NCBI GenBank assembly: GCA_036489315.1
Contig: DASXFZ010000064.1
Location: 40,585 to 104,584 of the forward strand
Direction: 5' to 3'
Length of the DNA stretch: 64,000 nucleotides
DNA from: Candidatus Cybelea sp.
Lineage (GTDB): Bacteria; Vulcanimicrobiota; Vulcanimicrobiia; Vulcanimicrobiales; Vulcanimicrobiaceae
Of the stretch, positions 18,597-27,899 are shown piece by piece. Position numbers and translations under genes: made by a program. Positions within the stretch are counted from its first letter, which is position 1, and every line of letters begins with the position of its first letter. The notes beneath the pieces were generated by a model. It saw only the letters and a program-made list of their open reading frames with translations. It was not told the DNA's origin and did no database searches.

Positions 18597-19196
18597 CTAC
18601 ATCGCTCGGCGGCCCTCGATCGCTTTGGCGATCGTCAGTTCGTCGGCATAGTCGAGCTCGCCGCCGATGGGCAGGCCGTAGGCAAGGCGCGTGACCGCGA
18701 CGCGCAGCGGCTGGATCAAGCGGGAGAGATAGAGCGCGGTCGCTTCACCTTCGGCATTCGGATTGGTCGCCAAGATGATCTCCTGCGGGTCCTCGCGGCC
18801 GATGCGTTCGACGAGTTCTTTAACGTGAAGCTGCCCCGGCCCGATGCCGTCCATCGGCGAGATCAATCCGCCCAGCACGTGATAGCGGCCCTTGAACGCG
18901 CCGGTGCGCTCGATCGCGTACACGTCCTTCGCTTCGGCGACGACGCAGATCGCCCGCGCATCGCGCTGATCGTCGGTACAGAACTCGCACGGATCGAGCT
19001 CCGAGAGCGAGTAGCAGATCGAACAGAAGTGAACCTTGTCTTTGACGGCGAGGATCGCTTCGGCTAAGCTCTGCGCTTCGTGACGCGGGCGGTTCAACAA
19101 GTGAAAGACGAGGCGCGCCGCGGTCTTCGGGCCGATCGTCGGCAGTTTGCTGAGCTCGTTGATGAGAACGGCGACGGGATTTGCGACCGTCGTCAC
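18597..19196 (-). CDS. recR: Recombination protein RecR
   Basis: GTG at 19196 overlaps the ybaB stop (GTGA). 199 aa. HhH (LPTIGPKTAARL), Zn finger CSICYSLSELDPCEFC and a Toprim region. Confidence 0.9.
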   Translation of the reverse strand: MTTVANPVAVLINELSKLPTIGPKTAARLVFHLLNRPRHEAQSLAEAILAVKDKVHFCSICYSLSELDPCEFCTDDQRDARAICVVAEAKDVYAIERTGAFKGRYHVLGGLISPMDGIGPGQLHVKELVERIGREDPQEIILATNPNAEGEATALYLSRLIQPLRVAVTRLAYGLPIGGELDYADELTIAKAIEGRRAM

Positions 19197-19501
19197 ATCA
19201 ATCCGGGAACGCGCACGCCGCCGGTGACCGACGCCATCCGTTTTTGAGAAGCGTCGTTGGCCTTGCGCAGCGCGTCGTTGACGGCGACCATAACCAAGTC
19301 CTCGAGCGTCTCGATGTCCTGCGGATCGACCGCCTCTTTCGCGATCTTCACGCGCTTGAGCGTTTGATCGCACGTGACGTCAACGGTCACCGATCCCCCC
19401 GCGGCGCTTCCGGTTACGACGGTCGCGGCGAGCTCTTCTTGGGCCTTCGCCATCTCGGCTTGCATCTTCTTGACCTGGGCCATCAACTGCGCTTGATTCA
19501 T
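19193..19501 (-). CDS. ybaB: Nucleoid-associated protein YbaB/EbfC
   Basis: 102 aa (MNQAQLMAQVKKMQAEMAKAQEEL...). Typical position between dnaX and recR. Confidence 0.9.
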   Translation of the reverse strand: MNQAQLMAQVKKMQAEMAKAQEELAATVVTGSAAGGSVTVDVTCDQTLKRVKIAKEAVDPQDIETLEDLVMVAVNDALRKANDASQKRMASVTGGVRVPGLM

Positions 19502-19519
19502 CTACAAACCTTTCGGGTG

Positions 19520-21130
19520 TCAGGGACCTGAACGTATGCGTTCGTTTGCATAATCGAAGAGCGCGTCGGGATCGTCGGGTTCGCGGTTCGGCTCGGATCC
19601 GGCGCCGGGAGTCGCTGCCGGAGCCTTTGCGCGTCCGGCGCTCGAATCCACCCGCAGCGTGACGCGCAGCGGAACCCCCAACACGTCGGCGATCGCGCCC
19701 TCGATGATCTTGACGTGCTCGCGCAGCGCGTCGGCGCTCCAGCCGTTGGGAAAACTCAAGACGATTGCGTTGCTTTCGAGCGATTCGATCGCCGCCCGCG
19801 ACAACGGCGCCCGCAAGGATTGCCGCTCGCCTTCGATCTTGCTGCGTATGCTCTGCCAGGCGGCCCGGACCTTTTGCAGTGAGAGCGCGCCCGGGGGCGT
19901 CGCCGGCGCCTTGGGCGCGGAAAGCTTGGGTGCTTGGGGTGGGATGGCCGGTGCGACGGTCGCCGCCGTTTGGTCAGTCTTTGCGGCCGCGCCGCTCAGC
20001 CGCTCTTCCAGCGCCCCCAAACGCGCCGAGAGGCCGTCGAACGTCGGGTCCTCGCCGGCTAATACGTAGCGGAGCAGCGCCGTTTCGAGTTCGAGACGCG
20101 CGTTGCCGCCGGAGCGCGCGAGCGACTGCGCTTCACCGAATACGCGCAGCGCGCGCGTTAGCGTCGCCTGTGAAAGACCGGCCGCCTGTGCGGCGACGCG
20201 CTGTGCGTCCTCCGGCGCCAGGTCGCGGACGACGAGTTCGGGGTCGATGCGCGCTACCAGCAGATGGCGGAAGCTTGCGATCAATGCGCGGGTCAAGACG
20301 GTAAAATCCGTCCCCGCTTCGCTGGCCGCCTCGATCTCGCGCAAAGCGCTCGCAGCATCGCCCGCGAGGATGGCGTCGACGAGCTTCGCGGCGTACTGCC
20401 GCCCCGTCGAGCCCAAGGCAAGGTCCAGCGTCGCAACCGTGGCCGTTTCGCCGCTGGAGAACGCGGCGAGCTGCTCGAGCATCGTCAGCGCATCGCGGAG
20501 ACCGCCGTCCGCTCGATAGGCGATTGCCGCCAGGGCCTCGTCGTCGATCGGGATGTTCTCGGCCGTCGAGATCTCGCGCATCCGCTCGATCATCACCGGA
20601 ACGGAGATGCGCCGAAACGTGTAACGCTGGCAGCGCGAGAGAATTGTGACCGGAAGCCGCTCCGGCTCGGTCGTAGCGAGGATGAACACCGCGTGCGGCG
20701 GGGGCTCTTCGAGGGTCCGAAGGAACGCATTGGCTCCTTCCTTGGTTAGCATGTGAGCCTCGTCGACGATGTAGATCTTCATGCGCATCGTCGCCGGCGC
20801 AAACTTGACCGCTTCCCGTAAGGTCCGGATCTCGTCGATGCCGCGATTGCTGGCAGCGTCGATCTCGAGCACGTCGAGCGCGTTGCCTGCCAGGATGGCC
20901 AGACAGTTGTCGCAGGTGTTATCTGGGGTCGGGGTCGGACCGGCCTCGCAGTTGATGCAGCGTGCTAGAATTTTGGCGGCGGATGTCTTGCCCGAACCGC
21001 GGGGTCCGGAGAATAGGTAGGCGTGGGCGAGCTTTCCGCTATCGATCGCCGAGGTAAGGGTACGAACCACGGAGTCTTGCCCGACGAGGTCGGCAAATGT
21101 GCGGGGGCGCCAGGTGCGGTACAGGGACAC
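19520..21130 (-). CDS. dnaX: DNA polymerase III subunit gamma/tau
   Basis: 536 aa. Walker A GPRGSGKTS, Zn module CINCEAG...CDNC, Walker B IVDEAHML and sensor SRCQ. Confidence 0.9.
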   Translation of the reverse strand: MSLYRTWRPRTFADLVGQDSVVRTLTSAIDSGKLAHAYLFSGPRGSGKTSAAKILARCINCEAGPTPTPDNTCDNCLAILAGNALDVLEIDAASNRGIDEIRTLREAVKFAPATMRMKIYIVDEAHMLTKEGANAFLRTLEEPPPHAVFILATTEPERLPVTILSRCQRYTFRRISVPVMIERMREISTAENIPIDDEALAAIAYRADGGLRDALTMLEQLAAFSSGETATVATLDLALGSTGRQYAAKLVDAILAGDAASALREIEAASEAGTDFTVLTRALIASFRHLLVARIDPELVVRDLAPEDAQRVAAQAAGLSQATLTRALRVFGEAQSLARSGGNARLELETALLRYVLAGEDPTFDGLSARLGALEERLSGAAAKTDQTAATVAPAIPPQAPKLSAPKAPATPPGALSLQKVRAAWQSIRSKIEGERQSLRAPLSRAAIESLESNAIVLSFPNGWSADALREHVKIIEGAIADVLGVPLRVTLRVDSSAGRAKAPAATPGAGSEPNREPDDPDALFDYANERIRSGP

Positions 21131-21266
21131 GGGGGCTCAACTTAGCCGACCGTTTGGTGGCGCCTGCCGGAGGGTACGGGTGAAACGAGTCGCCGGGGGA
21201 GACGGTTATGGAGAATGCTTCCCAGGGGGCGGTGGTTCGATTTCGCTGGGGTCCACTTTAAGAAAG

Positions 21267-22910
21267 ATGCCCGTGAATCTGCGCGCAGCACTTCAAGAGA
21301 AATTCGGATTTGATGATTTTCATCCGGGTCAGGAAGACGTCGTTTCTCGCGTCTTAGCCGGCCAGGATACGCTGGCTATTCTTGCAACGGGTGCGGGCAA
21401 GAGCTTGACGTACCAGCTCCCCGCGCTGCTGCTCGAGGGTACGACCGTCGTCGTCAGCCCACTCATCGCCTTGATGAAGGATCAGCTCGACATGCTGCGC
21501 GAGCGCGGGATCACCGATGTCGTCGCGCTCAACTCGACCCTCTCCGAAGATCAAGAGCTGCGCGCTCGCGAACGCATCGCCTCGGGGACCCTCCGCATCG
21601 TCTACACGACGCCCGAAAAGCTCGAGGACGAGGCCTTCCTGCGGCTTCTCAAGTCGATCGCGGTACCGCTCTTCGTCGTCGACGAAGCGCACTGCATCAG
21701 CCAGTGGGGACACGATTTCCGGCCGGCCTATCTCGCGCTGGGCAGCGTCATTGCCGCGCTCGGCCACCCCACCGTGCTCGCGCTAACCGCTACCGCGACG
21801 CCGTCGGTCCGCGAAGACATCCTGTATCAGCTCGGACTCGACCAAGTCAAGCCGATCGTGCGCGGATTCGATCGCCCGAATCTAATCTACGAAGCGCGCA
21901 AGGCCGACAAGGAGGCCGACAAGCTGCGCATCCTCTCGACGCTGTTTACCGGAGATGACGCGCTCGAAGGGACGGGCATCATCTACACCGCTACGATCAA
22001 GAACGCGCTGGACGTGCAGCACTACCTGCGCACGGAACTCGGCATTCCCGCCGCCGTCTATCACTCCAAGCTGCATAAAGAAGATCGCACCTCGGTTCAC
22101 AATCTGTTCATGGACGAGGCGATCCGCGCGGTCGTCGCGACCAATGCCTTCGGCCTGGGCATCGACAAGCCGAACATCCGGTTCGTCCTGCACTACGACC
22201 TGCCGGGTTCCCTCGAGGCTTATACGCAAGAGGCGGGGCGCGCGGGCCGCGACGGCCTCGACTCTCGCTGCATCCTAATCTACCGCATGAGCGATACCCG
22301 AGTGCAGAACTACTTCCTCACCGGGAAGTACCCCGACGTCGAGGAGGTGCAGCGCGTCTTCGGCACGATCGAGGTCTTCGGCAATCAGCCGGGGGGCGTC
22401 TCGATGGTCGATCTTCGCAAGATTCTTCAGCTCCCGCTGACCAAGCTCAAAGTAATCCTGGCGCTGCTCAAGAAGTCCGGCTATATCGAGCACGCGGGCA
22501 AGTCCGCCTACGGCTTGACGGAGGCCGTGCGTAAGCACCGCGATTTGATCTTGAACTTGGCAAACTACGACACTAAAAAGTCCTACGACCAGAGTAAGCT
22601 CGCGATGATGCTGCAGTACGCGGAGACCGTCTCCTGCCGTCGCCGCTTCATCCTGAACTATTTCGGCGAAGACTTCGACCGGACCAACTGCGGCGCGTGC
22701 GACAACTGCATCGCGGCGTTGGCGCGCGGAACGGACGAACGCGCGGCGACCGGCGGATTCCGGATCGCCGATGTCGTCTCTCACGCGAAGTTCGGCATGG
22801 GAACGGTGGAGCGCGCCGAGCGGGATTTGGTGACCGTGCTCTTCCCGAGCGTCGGTTATAAAACGCTGTTGGCATCGGCGGTACGCCATGCCGAAGCGCA
22901 AATTGCGTAG
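21267..22910 (+). CDS. recQ: RecQ-family ATP-dependent DNA helicase
   Basis: ATG at 21267 (MPVNLRAALQEKFGFDDFHPGQ). ATGAGKSLTYQLPA, DEAH box VVDEAHCISQWGHDFRPAY, Zn-binding CRRRFILNYFGE...CGACDNC. Short C-terminal Tudor-like tail. Confidence 0.9.
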   Translation: MPVNLRAALQEKFGFDDFHPGQEDVVSRVLAGQDTLAILATGAGKSLTYQLPALLLEGTTVVVSPLIALMKDQLDMLRERGITDVVALNSTLSEDQELRARERIASGTLRIVYTTPEKLEDEAFLRLLKSIAVPLFVVDEAHCISQWGHDFRPAYLALGSVIAALGHPTVLALTATATPSVREDILYQLGLDQVKPIVRGFDRPNLIYEARKADKEADKLRILSTLFTGDDALEGTGIIYTATIKNALDVQHYLRTELGIPAAVYHSKLHKEDRTSVHNLFMDEAIRAVVATNAFGLGIDKPNIRFVLHYDLPGSLEAYTQEAGRAGRDGLDSRCILIYRMSDTRVQNYFLTGKYPDVEEVQRVFGTIEVFGNQPGGVSMVDLRKILQLPLTKLKVILALLKKSGYIEHAGKSAYGLTEAVRKHRDLILNLANYDTKKSYDQSKLAMMLQYAETVSCRRRFILNYFGEDFDRTNCGACDNCIAALARGTDERAATGGFRIADVVSHAKFGMGTVERAERDLVTVLFPSVGYKTLLASAVRHAEAQIA

Positions 22911-24504
22911 GCTGGCGCTTCTCGCCGCCCTAACAGCGCTCTGCGCCACGGCGCAAGCCCAAACACCGTCTCCCTCGCCTTCAGCTTCGCCCGCCCCCTC
23001 GCCGGCGGTTAGCGCGACGCCCGGAGTACCCGGGCAAGGTCCGACGCCGCCGCCGATCACCGTCGAGCCGGCGGCCGCCTCCGTTCCGGTCGGCTCCGCG
23101 GTGAACGTGATCGTCGGCTCGGCGATCGCGCCGATCGCCGTCACCGTCGCCGATCCCAGCGTCGCTACGGCGGCGATCGATCCGGCCTCGCAGCGGCTGG
23201 TGATCGTCGGCAAAGCGGCGGGCGCAACGGTGATCACCCTGACCGACGCCCGCGGCGTTCGTCGCGACGTGCCGGTACGCGTTGCCTTCTTTGCCGGTAC
23301 GATTCCGGCGAGCCTGCCCGTCGATATCACGGGCGATCCCGCGGCGGCCGCCTTCGTGCGCGAGCAGGTCGCGCGCGAGATCAAGAACGCGACGAAGATC
23401 CGTCCCGGGGCACAAGTAATCGTCAGTTCCGATGACGTTCCGTTTCACGGGACGCTCAATCAAGACGACGTCGCGGCCTTCGACGTTCCGGTGCTCATTC
23501 AGGCGCGCGACGCCTTAGAGGTCGACGGCTCTACGCACGTCGAGGTCCGAAACATCGCCGTGCCGCGCATCTCGCCCGATTCGCTGATGGTCAGCGACTA
23601 TCCGGAGCGCTTGACGGAGGTTGGCACCCTCTTTACCGCCGATCTGCGCTCGGCCGCACCGTCGCGTTTTCTCTACTTCCATTACAATCCGCCGGGACAG
23701 CCCGATCGCCGAATCGTTCTGCGCGCGCAGAATCTCTCGCGCGAACCCTCGATCGTTCAAATGATCAGCGGCCGCGGCGGCCCCTCCGCCAACGAGATGG
23801 AGGTCGGTCACGTCGCGACCAAACGCTTTCTGATCGATCTGGTACAGAATCAGGGACGCCTGATCACGATCGACGGATCGACCTCGGCGAATATCGTCGT
23901 CCAGGATCTTCCGGCCGGAAGCATCGTCTGCAATCTGCTCCAGTTGCGCGTGCTCTCGGGCGGAAACGTTCACCTCACGCTGGTCGCCCAAGATGCCACG
24001 GCCAATCCCGACGATCCGATCGCCGTTGCGGCGCTGCTCGAGGGAGCTCGCCAACACGCACGCGGCATCTACCCGATCGCCGAGTTTCACTTCGCGACGC
24101 AGTGGCGCGTCGACTCCGATTACTTGGAGCTGCCGATCGGCCATCTTCCGCTCCCCAACGATCTGCATGGCCAAGCGCTGGCCGGCGACTACGGCGTTCT
24201 CCAGTCCTTTGTCGTAAACGTGCAGAACCCGCTCTCGTCTCCGCAAACGTTTGCGATCTACGAAAACCCGCGCGGCGGGCGCGCGACCGGCACCTACATC
24301 ATCGACGGGGTCCTCGTGCAATCGCACCAAGTGCCGGCGTACTCCCGATACAAAGTACGCCAATACGTCGTTCCCGCGCACGGCTTCGTCCGCGTAACGA
24401 TCGTCACGATGCCGGAGGCGGGCTCGAGCCTGCCGCTGCGTTTGATCTTCGCACCCGATGACGGAAGCGTAGCGCCGGGCGGCCCCGGCTCACCGATTTA
24501 CTAG
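22888..24504 (+). CDS. Secreted protein: Pro-rich linker, Ig-like (Big_2-like) domain and a large domain of unknown function
   Basis: 538 aa. Signal peptide (LALLAALTALCATAQA), a PSPS linker, and an Ig-like segment (VGSAVNVIVGS...VIVGKAAGATVITLTDARG...VPVRVA). No motif I recognise in the C-terminal ~350 aa. Confidence 0.6.
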   Translation: MPKRKLRRLALLAALTALCATAQAQTPSPSPSASPAPSPAVSATPGVPGQGPTPPPITVEPAAASVPVGSAVNVIVGSAIAPIAVTVADPSVATAAIDPASQRLVIVGKAAGATVITLTDARGVRRDVPVRVAFFAGTIPASLPVDITGDPAAAAFVREQVAREIKNATKIRPGAQVIVSSDDVPFHGTLNQDDVAAFDVPVLIQARDALEVDGSTHVEVRNIAVPRISPDSLMVSDYPERLTEVGTLFTADLRSAAPSRFLYFHYNPPGQPDRRIVLRAQNLSREPSIVQMISGRGGPSANEMEVGHVATKRFLIDLVQNQGRLITIDGSTSANIVVQDLPAGSIVCNLLQLRVLSGGNVHLTLVAQDATANPDDPIAVAALLEGARQHARGIYPIAEFHFATQWRVDSDYLELPIGHLPLPNDLHGQALAGDYGVLQSFVVNVQNPLSSPQTFAIYENPRGGRATGTYIIDGVLVQSHQVPAYSRYKVRQYVVPAHGFVRVTIVTMPEAGSSLPLRLIFAPDDGSVAPGGPGSPIY

Positions 24505-25526
24505 GAGCCCGCGACGCTTTCGTAGATGCGCTGCATCGCCGCGGCGCTCGATTCCCAAGAGAACCGCTCGATCGCGCTGCGCCGAACGCGCGCCGCATGC
24601 GCCTCGGCCTCCCCGCTCAACGCCGCCGTCAGCGCCGCTATCCAGGCGCGCTCGTCGCCGACGCCCGCGACCACGGCGTCGTCGCCGGCGATCTCCGGAA
24701 GCGAAGCGCAATCCGAAACGACGCACGGAACTCCGGCGCAGAGCGCCTGCGCCGCGGGATAACCGAATCCTTCGTAGCGCGACGCAAGCGCCACGACCGC
24801 GGCTTCCCCGTACAGCGCTAGGAGCTCTTCGCGGGAGACGTACCCGCGCAGTTCCACTCGCGGCGCAACGTTGAGACGCTCGGCGAGCGCCGTGCACTCG
24901 GCGGCGTACTCCGTCTGCGGTCCCACCGAGACCAAACGGGCGCCGTCCAACTGCGGCAGCAGGCGAATCAGCAGTTCGAGGTTCTTTCGGCGTTCGACGG
25001 TTCCGACGGCAAGGATCGTGCGTCCGTCGCCGGCACCGCGCGCGATCTCGCAAAACTCGGGCGAGACGCCGGGATACACGACCCGCACGCTTTGCGTGGG
25101 GATGCCGCCGAGCACTTCCAGCAGAGCTCCTCGCGAAAACGACGAGTCGACGACGATCGCGGCGGCCGCGCGATACTGTGCGAGCGAAAACCTTCCGAAA
25201 TAGTACCGCGCGTAGGCGCGCGCGTGCGCCTGCACGTGCAGCCACGCGACGTCGTGAACGGTGACGACGACCGGCATCGGCCGCAGCAGCGGCATCGTCC
25301 CCGACGCGCAATGCAGCACGTCCGCCCCGCTCGAGCGCGCACGCAGCGGAAGGACGGTTTGGTCCCAGCGTACGCGCCGGTCGAAGCGCCACGGATCGAG
25401 CCGCGGCTCACGCAACTCCACTACGTCGACGCCGCGGCGGCGGAGCGCCGCCGCCAAGCCCGTCACGTACTCGCCGATTCCCGTCGCCGTGCCGACGCCT
25501 AACTGCGCGTCGAGCGCGACCCTCAC
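24501..25526 (-). CDS. GT-B (GT4-like) glycosyltransferase
   Basis: 341 aa. N-terminal MRVALDAQLGVGTATGIGEYV and a C-terminal EGFGYPAAQALCAGVPCVVSD region, typical of GT4 enzymes. Confidence 0.8.
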   Translation of the reverse strand: MRVALDAQLGVGTATGIGEYVTGLAAALRRRGVDVVELREPRLDPWRFDRRVRWDQTVLPLRARSSGADVLHCASGTMPLLRPMPVVVTVHDVAWLHVQAHARAYARYYFGRFSLAQYRAAAAIVVDSSFSRGALLEVLGGIPTQSVRVVYPGVSPEFCEIARGAGDGRTILAVGTVERRKNLELLIRLLPQLDGARLVSVGPQTEYAAECTALAERLNVAPRVELRGYVSREELLALYGEAAVVALASRYEGFGYPAAQALCAGVPCVVSDCASLPEIAGDDAVVAGVGDERAWIAALTAALSGEAEAHAARVRRSAIERFSWESSAAAMQRIYESVAGS

Positions 25527-26350
25527 CGCAGATCGCGTTCCAATGCACGAACCATCAACGAATGCACGTCGAGCGCGCGTGCGCGCGCCAAATAGAGCTT
25601 CGCGGTGAACCGGTCGCCGTTTTCAAAGGCGATCACCCCGAGCCCCGCGACGGCATCGGCGCTGGTTGGATCGATCGCGACCGCCTGCCGGAAGAGCTGC
25701 GCGGCGCGCGCGCGTTCGTCGAGCAGATCGGCTTGATTGGCGTCGGCGATGACGTAGCGTTCCGAGAGCGGCGCTAGGCGTGCCGCCGCCTCGAACTCGG
25801 CCAGTGCTCTGCGCAGCCAAGCCCGCTGCGGCGCACTTCCGGGCACCTCTCTCCAGGCCGTTTCATTGGCAAACAGACCCATCTGCCAATGCGTTTGCGC
25901 GAGGGCATCGGGATGTGTGGTGCGCGCGCTCAAACGCCGCGCCAAGAGAGCCTCCAGGTCGTAGGCAGCCTGTGGATCGCCGACGGCGCGCCGTTGCGCT
26001 TCCGCCGCGACGGCGCCGGCGTCGAAGGCCGCCAGCGCGTACTCGAACGCGAGCTGCCGCGAGCCCATTGCACGTGCGGCTTGGGATAGAAGCTCGTCCC
26101 GATTCGACGAGGCGGGCAGGCGCAGTGCGTAGTGCTGTGCCGCGGCAGCGTCACCTCGCTCGAGCGCGAGCTGCGCCAGCGACGACTCGACGTACGGCGC
26201 CGGCGCGATCCGGTCGAGGACGAGATAAACGCGCTCGCCGAAGTCCTGGGGAATTCGGTGCGGAATCGTGTGCGGTGCCGCCGCGCGCGCGTCGAGTGCC
26301 TCCGACGCGAACTGTACGAGCGCGAGAGCGACGAGCAGCGACGTCAGCAC
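25523..26350 (-). CDS. Membrane-anchored TPR-like repeat protein
   Basis: 275 aa. N-terminal hydrophobic helix, then Ala/Leu-rich helical repeats. The stop overlaps the GT4 start by 4 nt. Confidence 0.5.
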   Translation of the reverse strand: MLTSLLVALALVQFASEALDARAAAPHTIPHRIPQDFGERVYLVLDRIAPAPYVESSLAQLALERGDAAAAQHYALRLPASSNRDELLSQAARAMGSRQLAFEYALAAFDAGAVAAEAQRRAVGDPQAAYDLEALLARRLSARTTHPDALAQTHWQMGLFANETAWREVPGSAPQRAWLRRALAEFEAAARLAPLSERYVIADANQADLLDERARAAQLFRQAVAIDPTSADAVAGLGVIAFENGDRFTAKLYLARARALDVHSLMVRALERDLR

Positions 26351-26399
26351 GGCAGCGACCGACGCTCGAAAGAACGAGAGCGGGCGCGACTGCAGCGGC

Positions 26400-27404
26400 C
26401 TAAAACTTGACGGTAAAGTTGACGTCTTCGCCGGTTTGCGTGTAGCCGTTGAGCGGGAGAACGCTCTGCCCGTACCGGTTCTGGTATGCAGAGACCGAGA
26501 GGGTGCTCGACGAGGAGGGAATCGTATAGGTGAGCCGCCCGATATAGGAGTTGTTCGCTGCGTCGAGGTTCTCGAGGCCCGGCAGGACGTAGCCGCCCGA
26601 GGATCGCTGTGCGTCGTAGTTCAGATTCAGCGTCAAGCCGTGAATGACCGGAACCGCCAGACCCGCGCGCAAAGAAACCTTATTCGAGCCGGCATAGTTC
26701 GGCGCGGCCAACGCGGCGTTGGCATCGGGCAGGTGCCACGCGGGTACGGCGGGGGGTGTCGCGGTAAGTCCGCCGATATCGCTCTGAGCCGCCCCTTCGT
26801 ACTGACCGGAGACGCTGAGATTGAATCCTCTTGACGCTTTGAGATCGGGATTGAACTCCAGCGGAAGATCCTTGGTGAGTGCGGGCGCGGCGGGCGAGGA
26901 CGTGCTATCGAACGCGAGCGTGCCCGGACCGGGAGAGATGTTCGGCACCGGCGCGACCGGTTGATAGGCGACCGTTAGGAGCGGACTCTGCGCACCCGAA
27001 AGCTGCTCGCTCGGCTGTGACGCCGGCGGTGCGAAACGGATCTGCGTAGAGAGGAGGCCGGCGTCGGCCGCGCGCGCGAGATACGATGCATCGGTGCCCA
27101 GACTACTCACGGCGATTTGTTGCCGCAGCACGGCGACCGAACCGCCTCCCAGGTTCTGCGGTGTGCTCGAATCGGTTCCCGGTACGCGCAGCGCGAGCTC
27201 GTGCAGCGGCGACTCGCTGACGCGATCGCCGTTTTGCGCGGAAAAGGATGCCGTCGAATCTGCAGTTTCGCCGAAGAGGCGCAGCATCAGCTGCGAGGCG
27301 AGATCCGGTTCCGACCGTGGCATGGGTAGGAGGTTGGCCTGTGCGGCACGCGCCAACGTTAGCGCGAGTGCTGCGCTCGTTAGGACGGCGACGATCCGAC
27401 GCAC
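26400..27404 (-). CDS. Putative outer-membrane beta-barrel protein
   Basis: 334 aa. Signal peptide (AALALTLARAAQA), alternating beta-strand-like pattern, and a C-terminal aromatic residue (..VNFTVKF). Confidence 0.6.
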   Translation of the reverse strand: MRRIVAVLTSAALALTLARAAQANLLPMPRSEPDLASQLMLRLFGETADSTASFSAQNGDRVSESPLHELALRVPGTDSSTPQNLGGGSVAVLRQQIAVSSLGTDASYLARAADAGLLSTQIRFAPPASQPSEQLSGAQSPLLTVAYQPVAPVPNISPGPGTLAFDSTSSPAAPALTKDLPLEFNPDLKASRGFNLSVSGQYEGAAQSDIGGLTATPPAVPAWHLPDANAALAAPNYAGSNKVSLRAGLAVPVIHGLTLNLNYDAQRSSGGYVLPGLENLDAANNSYIGRLTYTIPSSSSTLSVSAYQNRYGQSVLPLNGYTQTGEDVNFTVKF

Positions 27405-27476
27405 GAAACCTCCGTTCCTCTCCAGTCGATTCCCCGTGCGACGCTGCCGCCTCAGCGTGCTTTTGCGTGGGGTCTG

Positions 27477-27899
27477 TTAGCTTGGAGGTTGAGCGCCCAG
27501 TCCCCTTGCGAGGAAGCGGCGGGCGATGACGATCGCGGCGTAGTCGTCCACCGGCCGCCCCGGCACCTGAAGGCCGATCGGGATCAGCCGTCGCCAGCCT
27601 CTCGGCGGGTGCTCCACGAAGTAGAGGCTTCGGGCCGCGCGGCTCGTCTCGAACTCATCCACCCAGAAAATCGGCAGCTCGAAGCGCTCGACGACCCGCC
27701 CAACCGCACGGCCGTTGGTTCCCCGGCCGATCGCAATGCGCTCCACGTCGATCCTTCCGAGCAGCTCGGCCACACGCTGCTCCAGCTCCCCGACCGGCTC
27801 GATACCGGCTTCGAGGACCGTGCCGAGCGCCGAGAGCACCGCATAGCCGGCCTTGCGGCGCCCCGGGTCGATGGCCAGCACCGCCCCGTCCGCGCTCAC
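27477..27899 (-). CDS. YqgF/RuvX-like RNase H-fold nuclease
   Basis: 140 aa, GTG start overlapping the upstream stop (GTGA). LAIDPGRRKAGYAVL (first acidic motif), WVDEFETSRAA and DDYAAIVIARRFL resemble the YqgF family. Confidence 0.6.
   Translation of the reverse strand: MSADGAVLAIDPGRRKAGYAVLSALGTVLEAGIEPVGELEQRVAELLGRIDVERIAIGRGTNGRAVGRVVERFELPIFWVDEFETSRAARSLYFVEHPPRGWRRLIPIGLQVPGRPVDDYAAIVIARRFLARGLGAQPPS

Noticed and set aside
21131-21266. Searched the dnaX-recQ intergenic region for an SRP (4.5S/ffs) RNA, which often sits upstream of dnaX. Also noted a GGTTCGATT T-loop-like string.
   Set aside because: Neither strand contains the conserved domain IV motif (GGAA tetraloop with flanking AGCA/GGAAGC). 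I could not build a tRNA cloverleaf or a complementary acceptor stem. It is most likely just divergent promoters.
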